Below, in pieces: positions 22,900-36,135 of a DNA stretch of 36,166 bases. The stretch's first letter is position 1. Every line of letters starts with the position of its first letter. Source of the stretch: Folioceros fuciformis. Taxonomy: Eukaryota. The stretch covers positions 34,281 to 70,446 of the forward strand of contig JBNGIO010006079.1 of NCBI GenBank assembly GCA_049999805.1, given 5' to 3'. The notes under the pieces are model-generated. The model was given only the letters and a program-made list of their open reading frames with translations. It did not search any database and had not been told where the DNA came from. A program made the position numbers and the translations under genes.

Positions 22900-25800
22900 A
22901 TGGCCAGGGGGATCATTCTTGGCATGATCGTTCTGACGTTGGCAGTTCGCCATGTGATCTGTATTGAAGTTATGAGGCAGTACCTCGTCACCAGCAGTTC
23001 GATCCTCGATTGTAAGCAGTATGCCGGTATATCGGCTGGCCTCAGTTGCAATACTTCGCTAGCGTGGACGTTCGGCCTTGCGTCCGATGAGGTACGAGGG
23101 TGTACATCCTGATCGTAGGTTTTTGAGGAGTATGCTTCTGAGCGCTGTGTGATTCTTGCTTTTTGAGCAGACCCAACAAGGGACATCCTATGCGGTAACG
23201 TTGGACGAAGCAGTTGTGCTAAGCACTATGCTGACAGTGAAATTGAAGTACCCTATCACCGTTACCTTTCAACTTGGGCCAACTGTCTTCACTCTCCCTG
23301 CAACTTTCGTGGCTGTGAGTAACCCTGGTATGATGGATGGAAGGATGCATATGGCGTGGTATGGCATCCAGTCCTCCTCACTCCAGTTGGAACGTGAACT
23401 AGGAACATAATGCACAGCCCTACGAAGAGTCCATCAAACGATCTCCTTGCGTTGCTTACGCTGGTTCCGGCACATCGGCCACTTGTGGATGGTAATGCTG
23501 GCCGACGCTTCAGGTTGGGCCCTATTTCATGCAAACTCGACTTGCGGCAGGTGGTCCTAATCTGAAGATCTGCTTACAGGGCAAAGGATGCTGCCGGAAA
23601 TAACATACCCAACAGTGAGGTCAGCACATCAGAACCGTTTGCGAATCACACCTCGATTTCTTGCTGCACCCTGCAAAATTCGTCGTAGCCTGATGCTCTC
23701 TGCCTGTGTTATAACAACGCAGGGTTTCTGTTGCTCCAACTGTGCCACAAGCTCAACCACCCGGGGTTCGCAATGCACTCCATCAGGTGACTATGTGCAC
23801 TGCCTCCCAGTCCTTCAGCTGCCAAACCATGAGCAAGTGTTTTTAAGGTCGCTGACAGGCGCTCAGTCACGTGAAAATGAACAGATTCTTCTCCTGTAGC
23901 CTACTGTCTGCGAATGAGCGCAAACTGGTGAGTGAGTGCCATTTGCTTGGCTTGGGATCCGTCCATCCATGTCCAATTTGACCTTCTTTTGGGCTTTCGG
24001 GATACATTCAGGTTTCAAACTTACTCTCTGGGCAAATACTCAGCGTCCTTGCAGTTTGCCACCGTCGGTATGAGGCGTACCATCAGTAGTGGGACCAAGG
24101 TGCGGTGGATAACACTTGTGCCGCGTTTCAAGAAGCATAGATGAGGCTGCCCGTGCTTCCTTTGTAATCTACGCATGCCTGCCGGTTTTGCAGCCCAGCT
24201 CCTGGACTTTAACGGTTTCAGGGTCTTCTCATGTAGCCGTCGACAGCGCCGGCCAGTGGAAAGTTTCAGTTGGTGAAGGCATTTCCTCCACCTTGGATAC
24301 CGTCCAAAACTTGTATCTGTCCATTCCCATGTCCCCGGTAAGATTTACGTTCTTCCTTGCCTTGCCGCAGTTCCTTGCATTCCTGCCATAGCAGTACAAG
24401 AAACGCTGTGATGTGGACGTCTGTTGCGCTGTTGTCCGAAATCAGCCTCCTTATATGGTGCAAGATACTTCTAGCTGGCTGGCCGTTCCCTCTTCGTTGT
24501 ATGGAAGCAACGACTCCTGCAACTTGGTGGGTTCGTCGTACGCTGGGTATGTCGCCAATCCGAACAAGTGCTCAGCACCTCTCGGTGACTGCACAAACAA
24601 CCAACTAAGTAGTTATGTCCAGGTAACTCTTTGCTGCTGTGGGCTCATCGGATCTTGGCAATTCCATTCACCAACTGCACCCTTTGTCATTCTAAACGTT
24701 TTGTGCAGCAAAACGCTGTTGCACAACGTGTCGGTTCTCCGGGACCTTTCTCAGCAACCGCAGCCTTTGGAGCCTTCCAAGTAAGTTCCAGAAGTCGACG
24801 TGACTTTGAACAGCAAAGGAGGGCTTGTTCTCAAGGTCGTCTAATCACCTGTCAGGCGAACATGACGGATGACCGTAGCACACTTCACTCCATTTCGGTG
24901 CCGCAAAGTACTCAAGTGTCCTCCTACATCAGCTTTTCCGTAATTTTGGTAGCCGACAATATTGAATTTCTCCCAAAAGCGTAAGCATCCTCCCATAGCT
25001 TGCCTTCCTTGTATTTCGAACCACCTTGATTGCATGGCTGACTCTTGTACATTTTTGTGACATGATCAGTTACACCGGATCGATCCTTGATCTCAGAGCT
25101 CTCGGATACAATTCCAGTGACATTTCCACCAGAATCGTGGCCGTCACCGTGGAAAACACAGGAAATAATTCTACCAATTACACTCTCACCGTAAGTAGCC
25201 CGCAGGAAGGCAAGGACGTTGTTCAGGGCTTTTGGCAGTGGCTGATTAGCTTGTTTGTGCATATTTTCATAGGCCAGCTCCAGTGCACGAGTGGAATCGT
25301 TCCTTCTCAGGTGACTAAACCTCAACCTCACCATCACCTCACCTCATGTCACCTCCCACGACACGGAAGTATGATGCTCATTCTTGTCACCCGCTTGTGA
25401 GCTCTCACTTCAGTCTGTCACCTTTATAAATCTGCCGCCGAACACTCCGAAAGGCGTCAACTTCACACTCCATTTCGACACCGACGTGGGCCCGGCCTTC
25501 AACTGCTCAGGTATGCATCCTGTTCTTGACCAATGTCTAGCTCCGTCATACAACAGAGATCCTCATGGTTTTGCGGTGCATGCAGCATATCTGTTTGACA
25601 TCCAAAGCCACCTCCAAGACTGGCAGACAGTGACGGCGTATCCAGACGGAGTGACAAAGTCGGTAAGCTCTCTAGCCACCCAGGCAACGACCCCTTCCCT
25701 GCACACACACGTACACAGCCACACGTACTGACCCTGGCTTGCTGAGCAGGTCACTGAGAAGTTCCCCCCGATACAGATTTCCTCCCTCCCGAGATGGATG

Positions 25801-26842
25801 CAGTATCCTGTCCAGTTCCTGGCCATCCAGCTCAAAAACTGCAGGCAACCAGCGCACATCTCCCTCCCTGCTCTTGCACTTGCGTCCTTCCACTTCCATT
25901 TTCACTTCTTGTGGATCCCATTTACTGACCGGATGGCTGGGACTGCACTTCAGTGGAGGCTGCGCCAACTCCACTGCCGTCAACTGCCAGACTTTCCACA
26001 CGTGCTGGTCGGCCGTGATGACCATGGTGGGAGCACTGGCCTTGGCGATCGTGAGTAAGTTCATCATTCGCAACCAGGATCGGGGCCTCCAGAACGTGTT
26101 GTCGTGAATCTGATTTCGTTCCGTTTCCGCAGTAATGCTGACGCTGATGGCCCTGATTCGGCACGGGAGGCTGGGGTTTTTCCTGTCTCAGTGCGCGCTG
26201 TTGATGTGCTTGCCCTGCTGGCTGGGGTTCAAGCACAGTGGGAAGCTCGCGGATCTTCTCCTGTTCAAAGCCCTACGGGGCCGCGTCTCTCCAGCAGCTC
26301 CAGCTGCCAAGGTCTGGAAGCCATTGCTAGACCCTGGGAGGGAGGCGGCAGTGGAGGACGACGAGGAAGACGGTATGCGGTCGGACGATGAGCAGGATCA
26401 CAGGGCCGGGCCGGGCGACCAAGGGGACCAGGAAGGTGCGCTCGGGACCGGTCTCGGACACCGGGCCTCGCTTCTGGCGCCGCCCCCGCCGGGAACGCCC
26501 TTGCCTGGAAAGGGGAAAGTGCCCTTCATCCCTCCGCGACCAGTGGTCCCCGACCAGCCTCCGCTGCTCTCATCGCCTAACCCTTTGCCCAAGAAGGCAG
26601 CAGCCCTGCCTCGAGCAGTGGTCGCCGACCGTCCCCCTACAGGTACTCCCTGGCTGAACAGGTTGAAGAAGGCCTTCAAGAGGCCACCCCCAATAGTCCC
26701 CGACCTCCCCCACCCGGTTGCCGGTCGGACTGTACGTCCGGTGGGCTGGGGTACGTGGCCCGTACCTGCTGGCCGGGGACCAAGACTGGTGCGCTTCGAG
26801 GCGCCTTTCGATGGACCCAACATCTCTCCCAATCTCTCCTGA
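22900..26842 (+). CDS. HAP2: Divergent HAP2/GCS1 (class II fusexin, gamete fusogen) homolog, ~18 exons
   Basis: Phase-consistent exons give, in order: signal peptide; SSSILDC..LSC; NAQPYEE..C..TCGW..GNNIPNSEGFCC..TRG..SAYCLRMSANW; HAP2-GCS1 domain WLAVP..SCNLVGSSYAGYVANPNKCSAPLGDCTNNQL; ADNIEF; domain III VTVENTG..NYTLT; stem C-x3-C-x7-C-x5-C; TM helix; cytosolic tail. Confidence 0.88.
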
Positions 26843-27573
26843 ACGGGCAACCTGCAGATCATCGCCATGGAGACGAGCTTCATCGGGTCTCGGACGACAT
26901 CAGGACTGACAATCCAAGACGGACGTAAGACAAAAGTATAAGAAGGACAAGAACCGTAACCGACGAGATAAATTTATTGCTTAGCTAAGCTGCCACGAGT
27001 CTCAGCATTGTAATATCAAGAATTGTCTACATGCCATTTGAGCTTATCACGACGTCGGTTTCATATGCATGCACAACCTGCAGTAGGTTTCCGATGAAGG
27101 CTACACGGCGTGCAACTACGACAAGGACCAATGACGGGGACCCGGGAAGTGGGAAACTTCGAAGTACCTGCTTAACAGCAGGTGATATTCATTTACTCCT
27201 GTGCGCCTTGGCCACCTGCATCCACAGAGCTTGCAGTACAGGCACCGGTGTTAGAGGAAGCGCAGCTGGGACTCTTCTATTCTCAGCAAATGAAACACAC
27301 TGAAGACGAGGACAACCAGGAAAAGGAGCTATATTCCCCTCCGCTTTAGTTGTACAGGCAAAAACTTTGGCCTCCTCAACAAACTTATATACTGAATGGG
27401 GAATAAGGTCAAATCGGAAAACCATTGTATTATCCACATCACAGAGTAGCTCGGTCCATACACCACTCCACAAATCAGCTCTCCTTACGCGCTCCCGCCC
27501 AAAGAGCCATTTTTGGGAGTAGGTATTGCGCTGATACGTGTATCCAAGTAGACGAATTCACAGACGAGGTGAA

Positions 27574-30500
27574 TCAGGAGAGGTCGAAAGAGCCTTGACC
27601 CTCCGAAATGGCATAGAGCAACCTTTCACGCATTACCTCCTGATATAACACACGAAGAAATCAGCTGAGTAGGAGGGCACAGCGCACTCCAGCACATTTG
27701 ACAGCTCTTTACGTCATTCGCTTGCAAAATTGAAAACCAAACACACGTAGATTATTTACTCACCTTGCTGGAATACGGTGGCAGCTTCAGATAATTAGCA
27801 CAGGTCATGACACTTGGGAGGTCACCATCTGCAAGAGTAGTTCCTTGACCTGACACGGGTCCAGGGGGTGTGCTCCCCAGAGCTGGGATTACTGTGCTTG
27901 CTCCTGTTGGATGCTGTCAAAAGCAACAAGCGTCACACAATAACACACTAAAGCATGCAGTTGCAACATCTACAACTATAATCCAGCGCTTCAGCTCACC
28001 TTTCTCACAATGGTGAGTTTTGGGCTTAAAGCCGACAAACCCCCAGGTGGAAGGCGTGGTGCTCCAGTCACAAATCGTAAGAACGATCGTTGCTCTTCAG
28101 CAGAGAATTCACCCATAATCTCCAGAAGCTGTTCACATCATCCAAACCAAGTAAATACGTTGTGTATAACCCAGTAAAACCATGCAATACACAAAACACA
28201 AATTACATTTCGAATTGGTGGGCTCGACGCAGTGTAACCATGGTCAAATTTAATGAGATCCGCCAGAGAATCAGGCTGCCAGGACCCACCATCAAAAATT
28301 TCACTCAAATATTTATGAGGTGCAAAAACAAACGGTTTTCAGACTTCCATCCCCCACTGAGGGGTCTCCCTGCCAAAAACTTACCATCCATAGTTCACAG
28401 CGACCACAGAGCAGAGAGTCAAGTTCATCCTCCGAAAATATTTGCAAAGATGACAGCTGGAAAACCTGAAAACCAGACAAGAATTATCAATACACAGAAT
28501 TGTAAGTAAGTAACAACATAAATATCAAAGCAGGGTAGAAGTCAAAGCCAACCTGATTGAATCCTGCGCGGAAAGCCTCCATCTGAGGGAGGATACCTGT
28601 CTTTACAGTTGCATCCACTACCAGTGATATATAGTCCTCTAGATTGCTCACGTCCACCTGCACCATCCATTGAAAGACCCATCCCCATCCATTAAGAATC
28701 CGATACCAAAAGTGACAAGTCACCGCCCTTGAGTGGAACAAAATGAACGGGTCCAAGAAACACGCTTACCAATATTTCACCTCCATTTGGTCTTAAAAGA
28801 TACTCAGGATACCCAGGAAGGGTGAAGTCAAGGCACAGGTCCTCAACCCTAGAACCGCGGAAACGCAGTTGAGAGACAGCGTACTTTTTCTCTCCAGGAG
28901 TGACTTCAAGATACTGTTTACGACGTACAAGAACTTGCATTTCTTGCAAGGTCTTCCCAAGCTCATAATCTATAGACTTAACATCGTACAAATCCAGATC
29001 CTGCAGGAAATCAACAAAATCAAAATGTCCAACTCTACAGGAGGAACCAACGGACGGCACTGAATTTTCACAGCAAATTCAAATCATGAAACCCCCGGTG
29101 CTCTGGCAACAGATTGCCAGGGGAGTGTTTACAGAGTGAACGAACACAATACCTGGCCCAGCACCAGCTTGTAGAATGCAGTGGAAAGAGGTAAGTCCAG
29201 GAGTCGCCCATCTTGGAGAGCCTTTGCCATAACACGACCAAGCAGGCGGAAATGCTCGACCACCTTAGCATACCTGGTGTTTGAGGTATCTGCGTTGGAG
29301 GGCCAAGGTCGTGGAAAAAGACCCTGCGACGCTTGGACGTAATCTCCTGCAATATTCGCAGGATCGCCTGTACCCCTGCTCCTGGCTGAAGGACTTTCCG
29401 CCCCGGGTTCCCCTTCAGCATCTTGCATCTCAACATCATCCTCACCACTACTCCCTATGTCAGTTCTCCAAAGATCCAAGCTCGCCTTTTGCAGCTCATG
29501 GCTCAGCAGGGTATAAAACTCCAGGGTCGGCCCAAGTCCAGTCCCAACCTCCCCAAAGTACTCCACTTCCAAAACAGCCTTGTTACCTGAGTACAACTCC
29601 ATAACCTTGGCAGCTGAATCGAGGATCCTATTCCTTGACACCCGTACCTTCTGCCGCTGGAGTCTCCCAACGCGTAACTCGCGATCAGTTGACACAGCTT
29701 GTCCATCAGCAGTTTGTTGCTGCTGTAAACGCTGAAGAGCTCTAGACAACCCGAAAGCAGTAGCATGAAAATACTGTCTTCTAGTCTCAAAAGGAAACAA
29801 AAAGGGGCACGCCTTTGTCAGCTGATGACACCATGACGGTAAACCTCCACTGCATAGCGCTAGTGCGTCCTGCATCTGCCGAGCTAGCTTTGGAGTGAGC
29901 TTACTGCTCAGAAATTCCTCTCGTGGAACAAGGGGTCCATAGCCCTTAATATCTTCAAATTTTGAAACTTTGCCTTCTGCAAAAGCATCAGCAGCTTGCT
30001 GTGCTCTCAACCTAGGAGCAATGCGATTCAGCCCTTCCAATACCCGAAGCAAAAGGAGGATGTTGTAAGTGGTATTTGACTTATCCAAGTCGCAGGGAAG
30101 TTCCCCTTGCAAGATACTATCCAACAAGGAGGCCTGCTGCCAAGAACCCTCAGTGCAACTGGAGCCAGCATTCACTGCTCTGCTTTGAGCATTCGCTTCC
30201 AACCTTTGAGAACCACTGCCAGATGACGATGCTGCAGGTTGATCTGTAGTGTTGTAGTCTGCTCGTTGGTATGTGATAGTGTATATTTCCTCCCAAAGTC
30301 TTTTACCGGCTCCTACTGCATCTGTCCCTGCATATCTCTCCTCGTCCTCATCATCAGCAACTATTTGTCGCTGAACCGCTTGAAAGATGGTCAGAGACCT
30401 GTTCAAAGGTTTCCCACCAAGCGAGAAAACCAACTTGGGCGGTAGATTGGCAGCAGTTAAAGAAGCCATTGGAGTTCTCCGATCACGCGTGACACCCCGT

Positions 30501-33500
30501 CCCCCACTGCCACCTACTGATGTGCCTCCTGCCATGGCAACAGCAGCAAAAGATAAAGAGCCCTTTGCCCACACAGAGGATCCTGTCCGCAAGCCACTGG
30601 TTTCAGCTCCTGCTCCTACAGCATTCGACCTACCTCCTAAGTTGACTCCAGATATGCCTGATGCAAATCCAGATGCCTGCAGTAGTGCCTCACTTCCAGA
30701 CACACTGGATGAAGCCAAATTCCCCACATCATTCCCATCCCCCAGCTGTACATCATGAACCCGCTCCCCAATGCAGACAGGTGAAGGCTCCTCTCCAAAG
30801 ACCTGCATTCCATGGGTCAATTTCCATGAGCCACAATGATCACCAGCTCCAGGCCACAGCTAGCAATCATGAAGCTGTCAGCTAAAAGAAGGTTCACGAT
30901 GGGAGAAAAGAAACAGCCCAAAAACATATTGCCCACCTCTTCATCAGCCTGATCATCATCAAGTTCATCATCCTGTAAATGGCCAATGAGATGGGTTAGT
31001 CGAGAGTTTCTCTGTACCCCAAGGAAGATGAATTCACGTTCACAAGAAGTGCCCTACCTCTTCATGCTCTTCTTCATCTTCTTCATCCTCTGATATCTCA
31101 TCCTCTTCCATTGCAACAGCCTCCTCAAGCTCTGCTGGAGAAGCATCGACCTCTTCATCCTGTCATCACCATTGAGAATTGACCGAAGAAAGGTCAGGAA
31201 CACAGTTGAAGGAGGAATGCTGAACATCAACAAAACAGTTCTAAATTGCCAGAAAATTTTAACCACCCACCTCACTCTCCATTGAAGAGGTGCCTTCTGC
31301 TTGCTTCAGCAAAGAAGCTTCGGCAGCTGATGCTCTTCTCCGCGCGGCAGCATTCCTTGTTTCGGGGCCCCTATGCTCTTCTGGACTTACTGTCTCAACA
31401 GTATTCTTGGTGCCAACTTTCCCCTTTCCTTTCGACGAGGTTATACTTCCTGCAGCTTCTAGATTTCTTCTAGACCCAGCTGTTACTGATGCTGACGCTG
31501 AAGCAGGGCCTGATACAGATGCTGATGCAGATGCAGCTGCAGAGGCTACAACAGCTGCAGTTCTTGAGCGAGTTGATGGACGACGCTCGGGGATTAGAGG
31601 TGCCGTCGTGGAAGGGGTAGTACCGGGCGCTGAATCAGTCGCTGGCACTGCATCACCTCCCTCAACACTATTTGCAGCAGATGTAGATACAGCCTCATGC
31701 CTCTTCACCCTGGGCCAAAGGAAGTCTTCAACCGCAAAAAAGGTAGCCAGAGGTTCAATAAGAACAACATTAGAAGAGTAGTCCCGCAGAACTCTCTCCC
31801 CAGGTGCTCTACAGAGCCGCAGCTTAAAAGGCTGAGCTAGAGCACTTAACCCTGCAGCAATGCTAGCACCACTAGTAGTTGACCTGGGGGAATGACTAAT
31901 TACTACCGGGAATCGCTCCAAAGATGCTAGTGCATTTTGCAGCTTTTGCACCAGCATTGTCAAAGGAACTTCCTTTCCCTCATCTACCATAGGCAGCGCA
32001 AGCCCAATGAACTCCTTAAACCTCTTCAGCGCCTGTTGCCTCAGCCTAGCAGAATTTGGGTCAGTGATGTTCTCCTTGGAAAGATTCCCACAAGAGAAGA
32101 AATGTAAGAGGGAACCAACAACTCCACTTCCCACGAACTCAAAGGTTGAAACCCCATCCCCACCACCCAATTCCACCAGTATTTCTTGTATGAGCCCTAG
32201 GAGATGCTCGTCACTCAAAGAAGGTACCTGCGAAGCTTTTCCTTTCCCTTTCCCCTTGCCTTTAACCTCCACAATAGTGTCACCACTGAGCTTAGCAGAG
32301 AGCCCCTTCAGCTTGCACAGGCTTTCTGTCAACCCAGCATCGGTTAAACCAGAATCCCCCGAAAAGTACTGCTCCTTGAATCTCTTAGCACTGCTGATAT
32401 AAGCTGCCCGAAGCCCTGAACGTGTAGACCGGAGAGCTGGTTCCGAGCCTCCAGTAGGTGGTGACCCAACAGGTGCACTGCTAGACCCTCCAAGCTCGTC
32501 TGCTGGATCAGTTGGTGCAGCTCCTCGGCGCCTTCCAGGAGCTCCGCGGCGTGGCCTTGATGTGGCCACTGAGGAGGCACCCGATGCATCTGTTCCCCTG
32601 GCAGAAGCTGAGCTTTGTTGAGAAGCTCCCTGACTGTGCTCCGAGGCAATCAACAAATCAATTGCGTGGACAACACCCTCTTTCACAAACACCTTTGTGA
32701 AGACGTCAGGCAGTTTCTGCATTAACATTTCTGCTATCTGCAAAGCTGTGATCAAAACTGAAGCATCTTTAGATGCCAGGACCCCAGACAAGAAGCTGCA
32801 TCACATCAAGCCAAGGTAAGCAGGATGTTACACTTCGAAGATGAAAGATTAGCTTCAAAGTTGTTAACTTCGTATGCATGCAAAGACAAAAGAGCTGCGT
32901 CTGATTCATACCTGGAGATATTTGACTCCTTCAACAACGTCCGCAACATGTCAGCCGTACTGAAGTGAAGAAGCTTGTTGATGGCAGCAAGGCACTTGTG
33001 ACGCACCGGTGGATTGACACTGGAACCGTAAACCTGGGTGACGAAACAACAGTCAGCAATTTTGCTCGACAAAAAAGTAATACGGACAAATCCCTACGTT
33101 TAAAGTCATACCTGAACAAGCACTGGGAATAGATCCGCCCCAAACTGCACCAATAGCTCAGGATGACAGCGCAGCAACTTCTCTCGAGGTGAGATCTCTG
33201 CCACTGTGACATCCCCTTCTTCTGTTTTTCCATGCTTTTTTCCACTCTTCCCGCCGTTTGAGGTTGATGCAGGGGTTGCCCCAGAAAGCCCAGGCATGGG
33301 TGGTAGGAGCTCATTGATAAGCGTCACAACCTCATAGAGCTGTGAAGCCGCATGGTCAGAGAAAAACAGATGCTGTGTCCAACATGTTTGCATGCTTCTA
33401 GCAGAAAGCAAGTCGCAAAATGTGCATTTCATAAAAGGGTATGACCACAGGAGAACTTCAGGTGGTAAGAACCTGTTCTGGTGGGCGGTTGACGGATGAG

Positions 33501-35504
33501 GGAGACACAGAGGTACTTGAGACAAGTCCAGATCCAGCTAGAATGTCCTTCAAGATTCTACTGATACGGAGATCAAGCAAGCTCTCAGCTGCTGCAGCAG
33601 ATCCAGAGGTGCATGTTGAAAGTAGCCGGATCAAACCCTGCAAGACCAGCCATACAGCGTCACCTTTAGACTCCCACCCCCGACTCATGGTCAACAGCAG
33701 TTAACATGCTGGTAACGTACTGTGTATGTTGCATTGCCCAACGATGCTTGCGGAATTAGACTCCCGCTGGAGCTCCCAACAGAGATCAAACGCGCAGTTT
33801 GTGCAATCAGTCCATGGGAGCAAAGTGTATCCAGCTTCTCAGGAGACGTTGCGAAAGCCTCTGCAATTCGTGTGAGGCACACCGAAGCTTGCTCGACAAC
33901 CTGCAAGAGAAGAACTTGCGATTAGTCACCAATGAAGGGTAAGGGTGGGGCGGCAACGGAATCAGGTTCCAAACAAGCCCACCTTTGAATCTTGATATTG
34001 CAAAAGGCTGGTTAATATGGGCACAGCCTCCATCACAAAGTCCGAAGCATCAGATGGCAACTGCCTGCATATATTGGCAGCAGTGGAAACTGCTACTCTC
34101 TACAGTACAAATCCACAAGTCAATACAGCAGCACGACTCCGGATTCCCTGAAGCAAGGGAACGTTTTCCTCCCAAGCAAAACAGCACAAAACACTCGCGT
34201 AAGTATCTTACTTGAACGCCAGTTGAAAAGAAGTCCAGATAAGAGAGCACTGCAATGAGAGCTCCAGCTCGAAGACAAGCTGTAGGATGCTCGTGAGAGA
34301 TCTTTTCTAGAGCTTGCAGAGACTGCAAAGAAGGACACCCACGAATCAATACTGCTGAATGAGCAGACATCTGACTCGGGAATACAGTGAATTAAGTTAT
34401 CAGCCTCAGCACAGGCAGGCCTAGCAAGAGGAAGCGCAAGGTGGGTACTCCAACAGAAACCTTTGCACACGACACACTGCATGAACCAAAGCACACGGCA
34501 GGCGCCTGGGCTATGGTGCACGAACATACCTGCTCTGCAAGATCAATGTACTCAATAGTCAGGAGACGTGCACAAAAGCATGGAACAGCCCCATAGTGCA
34601 CGACCGCTGCACATGAAGAGGGAAGCACATCGCATAGATGAGTCAAAGCCCTAGCGGCTAAGAGCATCATGTCAGGATTGTACTCGCAGTTCAGTAGCCC
34701 AACCAGCACCGGCACAAACGAGTCGACAGAAAAGCTGCTCAGGGACTCTTCTGTTCCAATGGAAAGCAATTCACAGAGCTGAGAAAGGGCATCCAATTGC
34801 CGGCCCTCTTCACCATCCGCCCGGAGGCCTGACAGAATTTTCTTCAGCCGACTATTCTGGTGAGACGAGGGGGTGGAGGAGGGCATGAGGTCATCCAAGC
34901 CCGCACCCAGTTTCCTGAGAAGACCATGCAGAGCACTGCTGGCGGACGCCAAATTCTGATGCAAAGTGCTGCCACCCTCCCCATCATGGTCGTCATCAGC
35001 AAAGCCCGCCACTGCTGCTGCAGCAGCCGCCCTGTCCCTGTCCCTGTCCCGGTCCCTATCCCTGTCCCGAGCTCGCTCCTTCTCCTTCTCAGCTTCCTTC
35101 TCCTTCCCCTTGTCCGTATCCCTATCTTTCTCGTTCTCCTTCTCGGCAGCGCGCTGCTCCTCTTCCCGCTCGTGGTCCCTCTTGGCGGCTCTCTCTAATT
35201 CCCTCTTAGCAGCCTTCTCCGATTCCCGCCTGCTGGCCTTGTCGCTCTCCCGCTTGGAGGCCAGGGCCAGGGCGTCGTAGGACGGGTCCATGGGCGTGGC
35301 CTCCAGAGATCTAGCAGCGGCAGCAGCGGCGGCAGCAGCAGCTATGGAAGTGCGAGTGGGCGGGCGAGGTCGAGGCGGAATCGGAGCAGAAGCTGCGGCG
35401 GCTGACGAGGATGCAGAGAGGCGGGCTCGCTTGGACCGGGATGGCCGAGCAGGGGATGGCCGATGCGACGTGGCCTCCGCCCGCTTGCGGCTGCGCGTTT
35501 CCAT
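27574..35504 (-). CDS. UPL3: HECT E3 ubiquitin ligase UPL3/KAKTUS type (ARM repeats + HECT)
   Basis: [11 protein letters not shown] start, [73 protein letters not shown]; last exon ...[12 protein letters not shown] (stop 27574-27576). Confidence 0.97.
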
Positions 35505-36135
35505 AAAAGGACTCCAATCCCCCGGGACCGGCCCCCTGCCCCGCCTAGGCCCGGGCCTGGGATGCAGATCTCACACGCAGTGTCCACAGCACAAGCCTCT
35601 TAGCCGCGCCCTCCTGCTTCGCTCCCATGAAGCCACGCCAGGCCCGGAATTGGGCCTGCCTCCAATCCTTCCCGTCCCGCCGGTGCCGCAGCACTCAGAT
35701 CCCCGATCAAACCCTGCACGCTCTGCAATCCGCGGCCACCATCGCACCAATTACTCCCAATCTCAGCCCGGGGCCCGATTCCCCCGCCTCCCAGCAAGAT
35801 TGTCCTCCGCTCCACAGCTGGACTCCAGTGGCGGTCGCCGGGCTACCGTGCTGCAGGGCTCAGGGCACAACACGCACCCATGCACCACCGGAGCAACACA
35901 AATGTACAGAGCGGGTTTGAGGGGAGCTTTATAGCCTGCACCTTCCCACCTCCATACTATATGGAGAGATGGCACCACATGACATGCCCTCTACCGAGAT
36001 CACCACACAAGTCTTTTTTTCACAATTTCCCACATTCTCTACAAGACTTGGTGCTACTTCCTCGGTATATCCTTCCCTCCTGCATGAGAAAAAAAAATAG
36101 CAACCAAAGCCTCCGACTTATGCAGCTCCTTCCTC

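Noticed and set aside
8899-26842. Idea of a sperm-function gene cluster (MZT2-like plus HAP2)
   Set aside because: The two genes are ~13 kb apart and separated by housekeeping genes; there is no sequence evidence of co-regulation.
35030-35070. (cctgtc)n repeat
   Set aside because: Encodes the DRDRDR low-complexity tract of UPL3; an ordinary coding microsatellite.
35290-35934. 214-aa plus-strand ORF
   Set aside because: Antisense to the GC-rich UPL3 first exon and 5' UTR; no domain features.
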